Under the pieces are notes generated by a model. It saw nothing but the letters and a program-made list of their open reading frames with translations, searched no databases and had not been told where the DNA came from. Made by a program: the position numbers and the translations under genes. DNA of 64,000 nt, taken from the NCBI GenBank assembly GCA_017309275.1, contig JAFKLT010000043.1, positions 24,572 through 88,571 of the forward strand. The letters run 5' to 3'. Source of the DNA: Sphingomonadales bacterium. Its GTDB lineage: Bacteria > Pseudomonadota > Alphaproteobacteria > Sphingomonadales > Sphingomonadaceae. Shown one piece after another: positions 50,596-59,900 of the stretch (its first letter is position 1; the number at the start of each line of letters is the position of its first letter).

Positions 50596-51807
50596 CTATT
50601 GCTCCCAGATAGGGGAGCTGTCGGCGGCGTGGAGCGGAAGGATCAGGCCGGAAATCAGGCCTGCAAGTTCCATCTGGCGATGGACGCCCAGCTTCGCACG
50701 GACACGCTTCAGATAGGTGCGCGCCGTTTCCTCCGACAGGCCGCAGCCCTCCGCCGCGTTGCACAGGCTGCTCGATCGCAGGAAGTGGCCGAGGAAGCGT
50801 TGCTCGGATGGCAAAAGCCCGAGGGCTTCGAGCAGCGACCGGGGCGCGTCAACCTTGCCCGCCCCCATGATGATCATCATGGCGCAGCGCGCCGTTCCGC
50901 CTTCCGACCGCGATTTGGCCGAAATCACATAGACCAGGCGCCAGTCGCCATTGCGGCAGTCGAGCCGGAATACATCCTCCACCGGCACGTCCGCCGTCGC
51001 GGCGCGGCGGATACTCTCGCGAAGCTGTTTCGCCTGTTGGGGGTCCACCGCGACGATCGCGCCGTCGGCCGCTCGGATCAGCCATTTGCGCTGTTCGACC
51101 ATCGCTGCCGCCGCGCTGTTTAGGAACAGCGGTTGGGCGTCTGCCGACAGCAACGCCATCGACAGCGAAACCCGATCGAACATGCCCTCCAGCATGGCGG
51201 AGCGGCGGGACTGGCGCGCGAGCTGCGCAACCCCGGCGGCGGAATCGGCGAGCAGAGGCGCTATCAACTGCAGGGAACAGCTGTCCTGCTCGCTGAACCG
51301 TCCGCATCCGCTCTTCCGAAAGAACAGCGCCTGAATATTCGCGCCATTCCGCCTCATCCGAATGGCGATGCCGCAATCATAGACGCGCGGCATGCTGCCG
51401 GCATCAACGCTGCCGGGCTCTTCGAGGCTGAAATCTACGGCTGCATCGGCCGCGGAAATCTGGAATTGGTGGACCGGCGCGTCCCCGATGCGCAGCCACA
51501 GATGGCCCATCATCTTCAGCAGCGCCTCGATCGCCTTGGGATTGCCCCGGGCCTCGTCCAGTCCGATCAGGAAGGAATGGCGCCGCGGCACGGCCCCCCG
51601 AAACGTGACCGTCAGAATCGCCGAAACGATGTCGAACTGTGCAAGATAGTCGTACCAGACCTTTCGGGTATTCGACGCCACGTCGACGACGCGCTCATGA
51701 CCGAGGCACACCTCATCCTGACCGAACTCACCTGCATCGCCATAGGTATCGCAACCATCGCCATTCGCGTCAGCGTAAAGCGTCGAAAGCTCCATATCCG
51801 AAGGCAT
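50596..51807 (-). CDS. Sensor-domain (GAF/PAS-like) transcriptional regulator with a LuxR-type C-terminal HTH
   Basis: PLFLNSAAAAM (PAS-like); GLLPSEQRFL...GLSEETARTYLKRVRAKLGVHRQMEL (LuxR HTH); stop lies 1 bp from the ABC start. Confidence 0.85.
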   Translation of the reverse strand: MPSDMELSTLYADANGDGCDTYGDAGEFGQDEVCLGHERVVDVASNTRKVWYDYLAQFDIVSAILTVTFRGAVPRRHSFLIGLDEARGNPKAIEALLKMMGHLWLRIGDAPVHQFQISAADAAVDFSLEEPGSVDAGSMPRVYDCGIAIRMRRNGANIQALFFRKSGCGRFSEQDSCSLQLIAPLLADSAAGVAQLARQSRRSAMLEGMFDRVSLSMALLSADAQPLFLNSAAAAMVEQRKWLIRAADGAIVAVDPQQAKQLRESIRRAATADVPVEDVFRLDCRNGDWRLVYVISAKSRSEGGTARCAMMIIMGAGKVDAPRSLLEALGLLPSEQRFLGHFLRSSSLCNAAEGCGLSEETARTYLKRVRAKLGVHRQMELAGLISGLILPLHAADSSPIWEQ

Positions 51808-52171
51808 TATGGTCCCCCCATGAGTCATAGGCCGGACGCGAGCGCCAACGCCCGCGACAGGAAATGCATGCGCGACCATGATGTGGACGCGACGCTCCGG
51901 GTACGGACAGAACGCGCGTCTTTGGCTGGGATACCTCGAACTTTGTTTCCCTAGCCGAAGCTGTCGATTGACGTGGATCTCTCGATAGCGCCGCCTGCTG
52001 CCAGAGCTGCAGGAGACAGCCGACGTCTATTTCGATTCGACCGAGAGAGTCTATTATCCCCTCGGACATATCCGTTTGGGTAGTTTCCCGCCGCGCCGCC
52101 GCGCACTAGTCTCCATGCATAAGAAAAAAGGGGCGTCGCGCTCGAATCCAGCGAGATTCAGGAGAGGCGAA

Positions 52172-53743
52172 GTGCGGAATTTCTCGACATTCGGAGCGGT
52201 CGTGCTGAGCGCGTCCTGCACCGCGCTGACGATCGCGATCGGCGCGACGCCGCTGGCCGCGCAGGACGCCCCAGTGGGCAATATCCCGTCGGGCACGATG
52301 GCCGGGCTGGCGCGCCACGTCGTCGAATTCAATCCGGATGTCGTGGCGCAGCGCCAGCAGGTCCGCATCGCAAAGGCGCGGCTCGAGTCTGCCGAGGCAG
52401 GCTATCTGCCCACGATCCAGGCAAGCGGGCTCGTCCAAAGGCGCGAGATCGACGTCAAGAAGGGCGGCACCGGCGACTCCGAATATACCGCGGGACAGGC
52501 ATCGATCGAGGCGCGGCTGCGCTTCTATGACGGCAATCGCACCTATAACGCCGTCAAGATCGCCAAGGCCGAACTGCAGGCGGCGGAGGCAGGCCTGCAG
52601 GGCACCGCCTCGGACATCCTGCTCGAACTGTTGACCAGCGCGGCCGACATCCATCTCAACCGGAAGATATTGGAATATTCGCAGGCGCAGAGCGACGCGA
52701 TCGGCGAGCAGCTTCGTGCGACCGAACGCCGGCTGGAATTCGGCGAGGCGACCCGGACCGATCAGGAACTGGCACGCGCGCGGCTCGCGACGTCGGAGGC
52801 CGGCGTCCTTGCCGCGACCGAACAGCTCAACGTCACCAGCTATCGCTTTCGATCGGTCAGCGGCCTGTCGGGCACGGCGACACCGCCCCTGCCTTCGCTC
52901 GCGGCGATACCCGGCTCGCTTGGCGAAGCGCAGCGCATCGCGTCCGAAAATGCACCGCGGTTGCGCGCCGCGCGCCTGAACGCGCAGGCGGGAAAGTCCG
53001 GGGTCAATTTCGCATCGGGGGCGCTGCTGCCGCAGCTCGACGCGGTGAGCGGCTATGAATATCTGACCGGCGGCGTCGCCAATCTGTTCACCGGCAAGCT
53101 GCCCAAGGATCGTTCGTCGCTCTATTATGGCGTCGAACTGAACGTCCCCATCTTTCAGCCGCGCGACCATGCCGAGGTTCGCCGCGCGCGCGCCGTCCGC
53201 GACCAACGGCTGGCGCAGGCGAATTCCGCCGAGCGGACGGTGGCGGAGGAAGTGGGCAGCTATTGGACGCAGTGGCAGTCGGCGAAGAGCACCATCGCCG
53301 CCGCCGAGACGGCCGTCGCCTCGATCGAGAAGGCGGCCGAAGGCATAAAGAAGGAGGCGGTGGGCGGAAACCGGACGCTGACCGACGTCCTCAACGCGCA
53401 GAACGAGCTGCTCTCGGCCCGGGTGACGCTGGAGCGGGCGCGCCGGGCGGAGTTCGTGGCGCGCGCCGGCCTGCTCGCCGCGATCGGACAGCTCGACACC
53501 GATGCGATCGTCGAGGGGCGCTGCTGCGCCGGCGACCCGATCACGCGCCCCGACTCGTCGCGGCTCGGCAAGCCCGTCATCGCGGCCGCCCCCGACGCGG
53601 CGCCGCGACCGGAGGCCGCGACCGAGCGGCCGCAACGATCGGCGCTCGGCAAGGATGTCAGGCTGGCCCGCATCGACAAGGTGCCGCCCCCGGTGGATGC
53701 CGCGCGCCCCGGCGCCTCGACACTCGGGCGCAGGCCCGACTAG
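52172..53743 (+). CDS. TolC-family outer-membrane channel
   Basis: GTG start with AGGAG RBS, signal peptide, AGYLPTI, RLEFGEATRTD, GNRTLTDVLNAQNEL. Confidence 0.93.
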   Translation: MRNFSTFGAVVLSASCTALTIAIGATPLAAQDAPVGNIPSGTMAGLARHVVEFNPDVVAQRQQVRIAKARLESAEAGYLPTIQASGLVQRREIDVKKGGTGDSEYTAGQASIEARLRFYDGNRTYNAVKIAKAELQAAEAGLQGTASDILLELLTSAADIHLNRKILEYSQAQSDAIGEQLRATERRLEFGEATRTDQELARARLATSEAGVLAATEQLNVTSYRFRSVSGLSGTATPPLPSLAAIPGSLGEAQRIASENAPRLRAARLNAQAGKSGVNFASGALLPQLDAVSGYEYLTGGVANLFTGKLPKDRSSLYYGVELNVPIFQPRDHAEVRRARAVRDQRLAQANSAERTVAEEVGSYWTQWQSAKSTIAAAETAVASIEKAAEGIKKEAVGGNRTLTDVLNAQNELLSARVTLERARRAEFVARAGLLAAIGQLDTDAIVEGRCCAGDPITRPDSSRLGKPVIAAAPDAAPRPEAATERPQRSALGKDVRLARIDKVPPPVDAARPGASTLGRRPD

Positions 53744-53881
53744 CGGCACCCCGCGACCGGAGCGGACCGCCGGCGGCGCTTCGAACGGGGCGCCCCGTTG
53801 CCGCGCGTGCGCGGGCCTGTCCGGGCGCCATGATCCGGCCCGACCTGACCCAAAATGAACCACCTCAGAAAATTGTCGGCC

Positions 53882-53899
53882 ATGTCCCCATGCAGGAAT
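53882..53899 (+). promoter_or_regulatory. Core motif TGTCCCCA-N4-GGAAT, copy C
   Basis: ATGTCCCCATGCAGGAAT, about 125 bp upstream of the RTX gene ATG. Confidence 0.6.
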
Positions 53900-54023
53900 A
53901 TTCGTCCCCGGGCCCCCGCCATATCCAATGCTCATGGCCTTGTAATCTCAAGGCCATCCGGGTGTGTTTTGGCTGGTCAGGCGAAAGCGCATCCATTCGA
54001 CCAGAAACGAAGAGGATAGCGAA

Positions 54024-56198
54024 ATGCCAACTGTTAATCCTTCAAGTGCGCCTAACGCACCCAAGGCGACGACCGCGAGGGGCCAGGTACTCGGCACGAA
54101 CGCAGTCGACTTTATCGACCTCAATGCGATCACCACGACCGCCAACCTGCCGTACAATGCGCGCGGCAACGGCGGGAACGACACCGTTTATGGCAATAAT
54201 TTCGACAATGATCTGTACGGCGATGCCGGCGACGACAATGTCATCGGCCGTTCGGGGAACGACCGGATCGATGGCGGGCTCGGCAACGACACGCTGATCG
54301 GCGATCAGGCCTCGTTCGTCGTCGTCGGACCTGGAAATGTCGTCTATTCGGGCATCGACAATGGCGGCGCCGACGGCAACGACACGCTGCTCGGCGGTGC
54401 CGGTAACGATACTGCGTGGGGCGGAGGCGGAAACGACTTCATCCGCGGCGACGCCGGTAACGACGTGCTCAACGGCCAATCGGGCGACGACCGCATCGAA
54501 GGCAATGCCGGCAACGACACCATCGACGGCGGGACCGGCAACGACAATCTGTTCGGCGGGACCGAAACCGACGTCGTGACCGGCGGCGACGGCGATGACT
54601 ATATCGACGGCGGCACCAACTCGAACGGCGTCGACAGCCTGTCGGGCGGCAACGGCAATGACGTGATCTTCGGCGATGGCGGCCCCGGCCGTAACGCCGA
54701 CACCGATTACGCCTATAACCAGAGCGGCTATAACCCGGGGCTCGGCCATGCCGACAGCATTTCGGGCGGCAACGGCGACGATCAGATCTTTGGCCAAGGC
54801 GGCAACGACTCGATCACCGGCGATGACGGCGACGACCTTCTGTGGGGTGATGACGGCAACGACACCATCTCCGGCGGGACCGGCTTCGATGCGATCGATG
54901 GCGGCGAAGGCGACGACAACCTGGCCGGCAACGACGGCGATGACGAGCTGAACGGCGATGCCGGCAACGACGTCATCCGCGGCGGTGCGGGCCTCGACTT
55001 CGTCCAGGGCGGCGCCGACAATGACGACATCGGCGGCGGCACCGGCGACGACACGTTGAACGGCAACGACGGCGACGATCTGGTCAACGGCGACGCAGGC
55101 GACGACCTGATCGCCGGACAACTGGGCGACGACGTGCTGAATGGCGGCGACGGTAACGACGTCATCACCGGCAACGGCGAGCAATCGCCCTATGACCCGT
55201 CCGACCCCGACTTCACCGACGATGACATCATCTCCGGCGGCAACGGCGACGACACGCTGAACGGCAACGACAGCGACGACATCGTGAACGGCGACGCAGG
55301 CAATGACTATGTCAGCGGCGACGAAGGCGACGACAGCCTGTCGGGCGGCACCGGCGACGACTATGTCACCGGCGGCGCCGGAAACGACGTCGCGGCCGGA
55401 AATGACGGCGATGACTCGGTCTATGGCGATGCCGGAGCCGACAATCTGTCGGGTGGCAACGGCGACGACTTCGTCTCGGGCGGCGTCGGCAACGACGTGG
55501 CGTCGGGCGATGACGGCGACGATGTCGTGACCGGCGGCCTCGGTGCCGACCTCATCTTCGGTGGCGACGGCAACGACGTCCTCGATGGTGACAACTTCGA
55601 CGATGCGGTCACCGGCGGCAACGACACGATGTACGGCGGCAACGGCTTCGACTTCATGGAAGGCGGTGGCGGTAACGACTTCATGGACGGCGGCGCGGAC
55701 GACGACACGATGTACGGCGACCGCGGCAACGACAACATGTTTGGCGGAACCGGCGACGACTATATCGAAGGCGAGTCGGGCAACGACAGCATCACCGGCG
55801 GTGAAGGCAACGACCGGATGTCGGGCGGAAGCGGAAAGGACCTGTTCAAGTTCGATTCGACCGATACGTCGCCGGGATTCGGTGACGACACGATCGAATC
55901 GCCGCTCGGCGGTCTCGACTTCAACCTCGCCAACCGCGACACGCTGGTCTTCGACGTCGATGCGGGCTTCGACCCTACATCCGACATCGTCGTGCTGACG
56001 GCCGACTGGGACGGCGACGGCGATGCCCTGGACGTGCTCGTCGCGACCGCGGCTGGCAGCGTCATCCTCGAGGATTTCTGGCAGGGCGCCTCGGCTCCCA
56101 TCCAGGCCCTCGCGGCGGCTGGCGCGTATGACTCGGTTGCGGCGATCAACGCCTACAGCCAAGGCAACGCAAGCTACGACATGATCACGTTCGTCTGA
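54024..56198 (+). CDS. RTX (GGxGxDxUx) calcium-binding repeat protein, T1SS substrate, 724 aa
   Basis: About 50 nonapeptide repeats by manual count, no Sec signal, T1SS-type C-terminal domain; GAGGA RBS. Confidence 0.93.
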   Translation: MPTVNPSSAPNAPKATTARGQVLGTNAVDFIDLNAITTTANLPYNARGNGGNDTVYGNNFDNDLYGDAGDDNVIGRSGNDRIDGGLGNDTLIGDQASFVVVGPGNVVYSGIDNGGADGNDTLLGGAGNDTAWGGGGNDFIRGDAGNDVLNGQSGDDRIEGNAGNDTIDGGTGNDNLFGGTETDVVTGGDGDDYIDGGTNSNGVDSLSGGNGNDVIFGDGGPGRNADTDYAYNQSGYNPGLGHADSISGGNGDDQIFGQGGNDSITGDDGDDLLWGDDGNDTISGGTGFDAIDGGEGDDNLAGNDGDDELNGDAGNDVIRGGAGLDFVQGGADNDDIGGGTGDDTLNGNDGDDLVNGDAGDDLIAGQLGDDVLNGGDGNDVITGNGEQSPYDPSDPDFTDDDIISGGNGDDTLNGNDSDDIVNGDAGNDYVSGDEGDDSLSGGTGDDYVTGGAGNDVAAGNDGDDSVYGDAGADNLSGGNGDDFVSGGVGNDVASGDDGDDVVTGGLGADLIFGGDGNDVLDGDNFDDAVTGGNDTMYGGNGFDFMEGGGGNDFMDGGADDDTMYGDRGNDNMFGGTGDDYIEGESGNDSITGGEGNDRMSGGSGKDLFKFDSTDTSPGFGDDTIESPLGGLDFNLANRDTLVFDVDAGFDPTSDIVVLTADWDGDGDALDVLVATAAGSVILEDFWQGASAPIQALAAAGAYDSVAAINAYSQGNASYDMITFV

Positions 56199-56248
56199 GG
56201 AAAGGCTTCGTACGGGGACCCGATCCCCGGACGAACCTCTGCAGACTG

Positions 56249-56282
56249 GAGGGCAGGCCGCCGCGGCCTGCCCTCTTTTTTT
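56249..56282 (+). terminator. Intrinsic terminator of the RTX gene
   Basis: GAGGGCAGGCC-gccgc-GGCCTGCCCTC followed by T7; a second hairpin lies at about 56208-56237. Confidence 0.9.
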
Positions 56283-56285
56283 GCG

Positions 56286-56346
56286 TTGTCCCCATCTGGG
56301 AATGACGGGGATCGCGAATTTCCGGCATTTCCGGATCAGGGATGGC
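56286..56346 (+). promoter_or_regulatory. Conserved ~60-bp element, copy B
   Basis: TTGTCCCCATCTGGGAATGACGGGGATCGCGAATTTCCGGCATTTCCGGATCAGGGATGGC; homologous to 45337-45396 (minus strand). Confidence 0.75.
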
Positions 56347-56576
56347 AGGGTCAGGACCACTCCCGCAACAAGGTGGAATCACTGCAGAGAAGATGGGTCG
56401 ATCGGCGCGGACAGAACGTCGCCTGCCCCAAGTTCGGCCAGCTGCGGCTGGCCAGCCGGCTCCGCCGCCACGCCCCCCTGGCGGCGGCCGGCATCCCCGT
56501 CGCCAGCGGACCGGCAACAGCGCCCGTCTCGACCGAAGACGCCGACATGGTTGCAGATGATCGGCCATGAAGATCA

Positions 56577-56730
56577 GTATAATAAAATCAATATTCTGAT
56601 AAATATTATATTAACCGAAATTTTTGAAATTGATTTCATAATCATAAAATTAATATTGCGATATATATTTCAGATATTGATAAGTAATATTGTGAATTTT
56701 CATATATTACTCATTTAGTTATTAAATTCA
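56577..56730. other. Extremely AT-rich block upstream of the adhesin
   Basis: 24 G+C in the 150 bp 56581-56730 (16%) in otherwise very GC-rich DNA; eight ATATT pentamers. Confidence 0.95.
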
Positions 56731-56977
56731 TCCGAAAGTATGAGTGCGCATACCGCAAATTGCCATTGCAGAATCATCGACCCAGGTTTGTATTTGACGG
56801 GTCAGTGACCAGGCACGGGCATCGGGCGCCAAAGAGACCCAGCACGATCACAACTGCATTCAGCTTCGCTCCACACCCTGTCGGCGTGGAAGCGCGGCGC
56901 CGTCCATAGCGGCCGGGCCCTTCGCGGGGAACGGCATCGGATGGGCAGATGTCGAGGTGGAGGGGGACCGAAGGGCG

Positions 56978-59900
56978 ATGGAGCGAAGGTCAATTCAGCA
57001 GCCCGCCGAAGCGGCCGGCGCAGCGAAAGCCGTTCCCGCAGGATCGACGAGCATCCAGCCCGCCGGCGGCGTGGTACAACTGCCGCCCGGAACGCGGCTC
57101 GACGCCATCAAATTGTCCGGCAACGACCTGATCGTCACCCTGCCCGATGGGCAGGTCCTGGTCATCATCGATGGCGCGCTTCAGATTCCGCAGGTCAAGA
57201 TCGGCCCGATCAACATCCCCGCCCCGACGATCGCCGCGCTGATCGCGGGACAGGAACCGGAACCGGCGGCCGGCGCACCGCAAAGCTCCGGCGGGAATTT
57301 CGAACAGACACCCGGCGACATCGGCTCGCCCTTCGCTTTGGGCGACCTGTTGCCGCCGACCGATTTCGCGCTGCCCGACCGCGAGGCGAACGAACTGATC
57401 CCCAACGCAATCGACGATGAGCCGGAGATACTGATCACTACCCCCGATCAGCCGGCTGGCGCCACCTCGGCCACGGCAACGGTGGCCGAGGCGGCGCTTC
57501 CCCCACGCGGCAGCGAGCCCGCCGGATCGGACCCCGCCTCGACCGCCGAAGCGATCAGCGGCACGATCCAGATCAGCGCGCTGGATCAACCCAGCGTCGT
57601 GTCGGTCAACGGTACGGTCGTCACGGCGATCGGACAGGTCATCGCGACGCCGCTCGGCCAGATCACGATCACCAGCATCGCGCCCGACGCGATCGGCTAC
57701 AGCTATACGCTGACCGACAACAGCACCGACCCGAATGCGACCGACACGGTCACCGTCACGGTCACCGACAATGACGGCGACGTCGCAACCGCCACGCTGA
57801 CACTGACCATTACCGATGATGCGCCGACGGCACGCGCCGATACCGACGACGTCGCCGACGGCACCGCGCGGGGCAATGTCATCACCGGCGCCAATACGAC
57901 CAGCGACGTCGCCGGGGCCGATACGCCCGGCGCCGACGGTGCGGTCGTCAGCGGGGTTCAGGTCGGATCGGACGGCACCTTCGCGCCGGCGGGGACGGCG
58001 GTCAACGGCCAGTACGGCCGCCTGCTGATCGGTGCCGACGGTACCTATGTCTACATCCGCGCGGCGGGCACGCCCGGCGGCGTCTCCGACGTCTTCACCT
58101 ATCGGCTGACCGACGGCGACGGGGATACCGCGACGGCGACGCTGACGATCCGGATTCCGGACAGCACTCCCACGCTCACCGTCCCCTCGGCGGGCGGCGA
58201 AGGAACGCTGGTCGACGAGGCCGGCCTGCCCGAAAGCGACGGCGGATCGCCCGGATCGCGCGCGGGCGACGACAGCAACGCGACCTCCGGCATCATCCAG
58301 TACAGCGCCGCCGACGGCCCCGCCGTCATCACCATCAACGGCGTCCAGATCACCGGCGAGGGACAGGAAATCCAGCTCGACACCGGCATCTTCCTTGTCA
58401 TCGCGATCAATCCGGACTCGATCGAATATGCCTTCGTCCTGACCGACAATGTGATCGGCGATCCGGCGTCGCAGCCGATCATGGTCGGCATCACCGACAG
58501 CGACGGCGACACCATATCCGCCAGCTTCGATATCGACATTCTCGACGACATGCCCGACGCACGCGCCGACACCGACAGCCTGACCGCGGGCGTCGACGAA
58601 GCGGCGACGGGGAATGTCGTCACCGACGCCGAAAATGACGGCGGGCGCGACGTACCGGGTGCCGACGGCGCGACCGTCACGGCCATTTCGGCCGGCGGCG
58701 AAAACGGCACCGTCGGCGGCGCGACGGCCGGCGCCTATGGCGCGCTGGAGATCGCGGCGGACGGCAGCTATCGCTATGTGATCGATCCCGAAAATACAGA
58801 GGTTCAGGGGCTCGACGGCGACGAAGAGCTGACCGAGACATTCGATTATGTCCTGACCGACGGCGACGGCGACGAGGTCACGGCGACGCTGACCATCACC
58901 ATTCGCGGGCGCGACGACGGCGTGACGCTGACCGGGCTCAATCCCGCGGGTGCCGAGGTGACGGTCGCGGAGGCCAGTCTTTCGGACGGGTCGAACCCCG
59001 ACAGCGTCGCGCTGACCCAGACCGGCAGCTTCAGCTTCGACGCCGCGGACGGCATTGCCGCGCTGACGATCGGCGGCGAGCCGCTGTTCGACGGCACGGT
59101 CATTCCCGGACTGACGATCGCGACCGCGCTCGGCATACTGACGATCACCGACTTCGAACCGATATTCGATGCGGTGGGCGACGTCGTCGGCGGCACCATC
59201 AGCTACAGCTACGAGCTGATCGACAACAGCCTGCTCCACAGCGGTGCCAACGGCGCATCACTTACCGAATCCTTTGCGATCCAGATCGTCGACAGCGACG
59301 GCACGACCGCGACGGCCAGCCTGGATGTCCAGATACTCGACGACAATCCGGTGGCCCGCTCTGCCCCGTCGATCACGGTGGCGGAGGACGCGCCGCCGAT
59401 TTCGGGCAATCTGCTGGCGAACGACACGCGGGGCGCCGACGGCGCGGTCGTTACCTCGGTCACCGTCGGCGGCGTGATGGTCGCGGTCGCGGCGACCGGA
59501 ACGACCAGCTACACCAATGCCAACGGCACCTACAGCTTTCAGCCGAACGGCGCGTGGACGTTCGATCCGGTCACGAAGACCAGCGCCTTCGCGGTGAACG
59601 CCGACTTCACCTATACGATCACCGACGGCGACGGCGACCAGTCGTCGGCGCTGCAACAGATCCGCATCGCCGACGGCACCGATCCGCACGCCAGCGCGCC
59701 GATCACCCTTGTCGTCGACGACCAGAATCTGGAAACCGGGTCGACCCCCTCGGTCGTCCAGCCGGTTTCGGCGAGCGGCCAGATCACCTTCACCGCCGGT
59801 TCCGACGCCATCGCGTCGATCGGCTTCGGCGACCTGTCGACCCTCGACGGCGGGCTGAGCTGGACCTTCGAATCCGCCACGCAGATTATCGGTTGGGACG

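Noticed and set aside
51740-51780. DANGDG EF-hand-like motif at the regulator N-terminus as a calcium sensor
   Set aside because: A single short match in a cytoplasmic protein with no flanking helices evident.
56286-56570. Reading the shared element as homologous short ORFs (MSPSGNDG... and MSPTGNDGKFQFPA)
   Set aside because: No Shine-Dalgarno precedes either copy, and copy A stops after 14 codons while similarity continues past the stop; a DNA site is more parsimonious. Ribosome profiling could overturn this.
56577-56730. AT-rich block as a replication origin
   Set aside because: No DnaA boxes (TTATCCACA-like), iterons or rep/par genes nearby.
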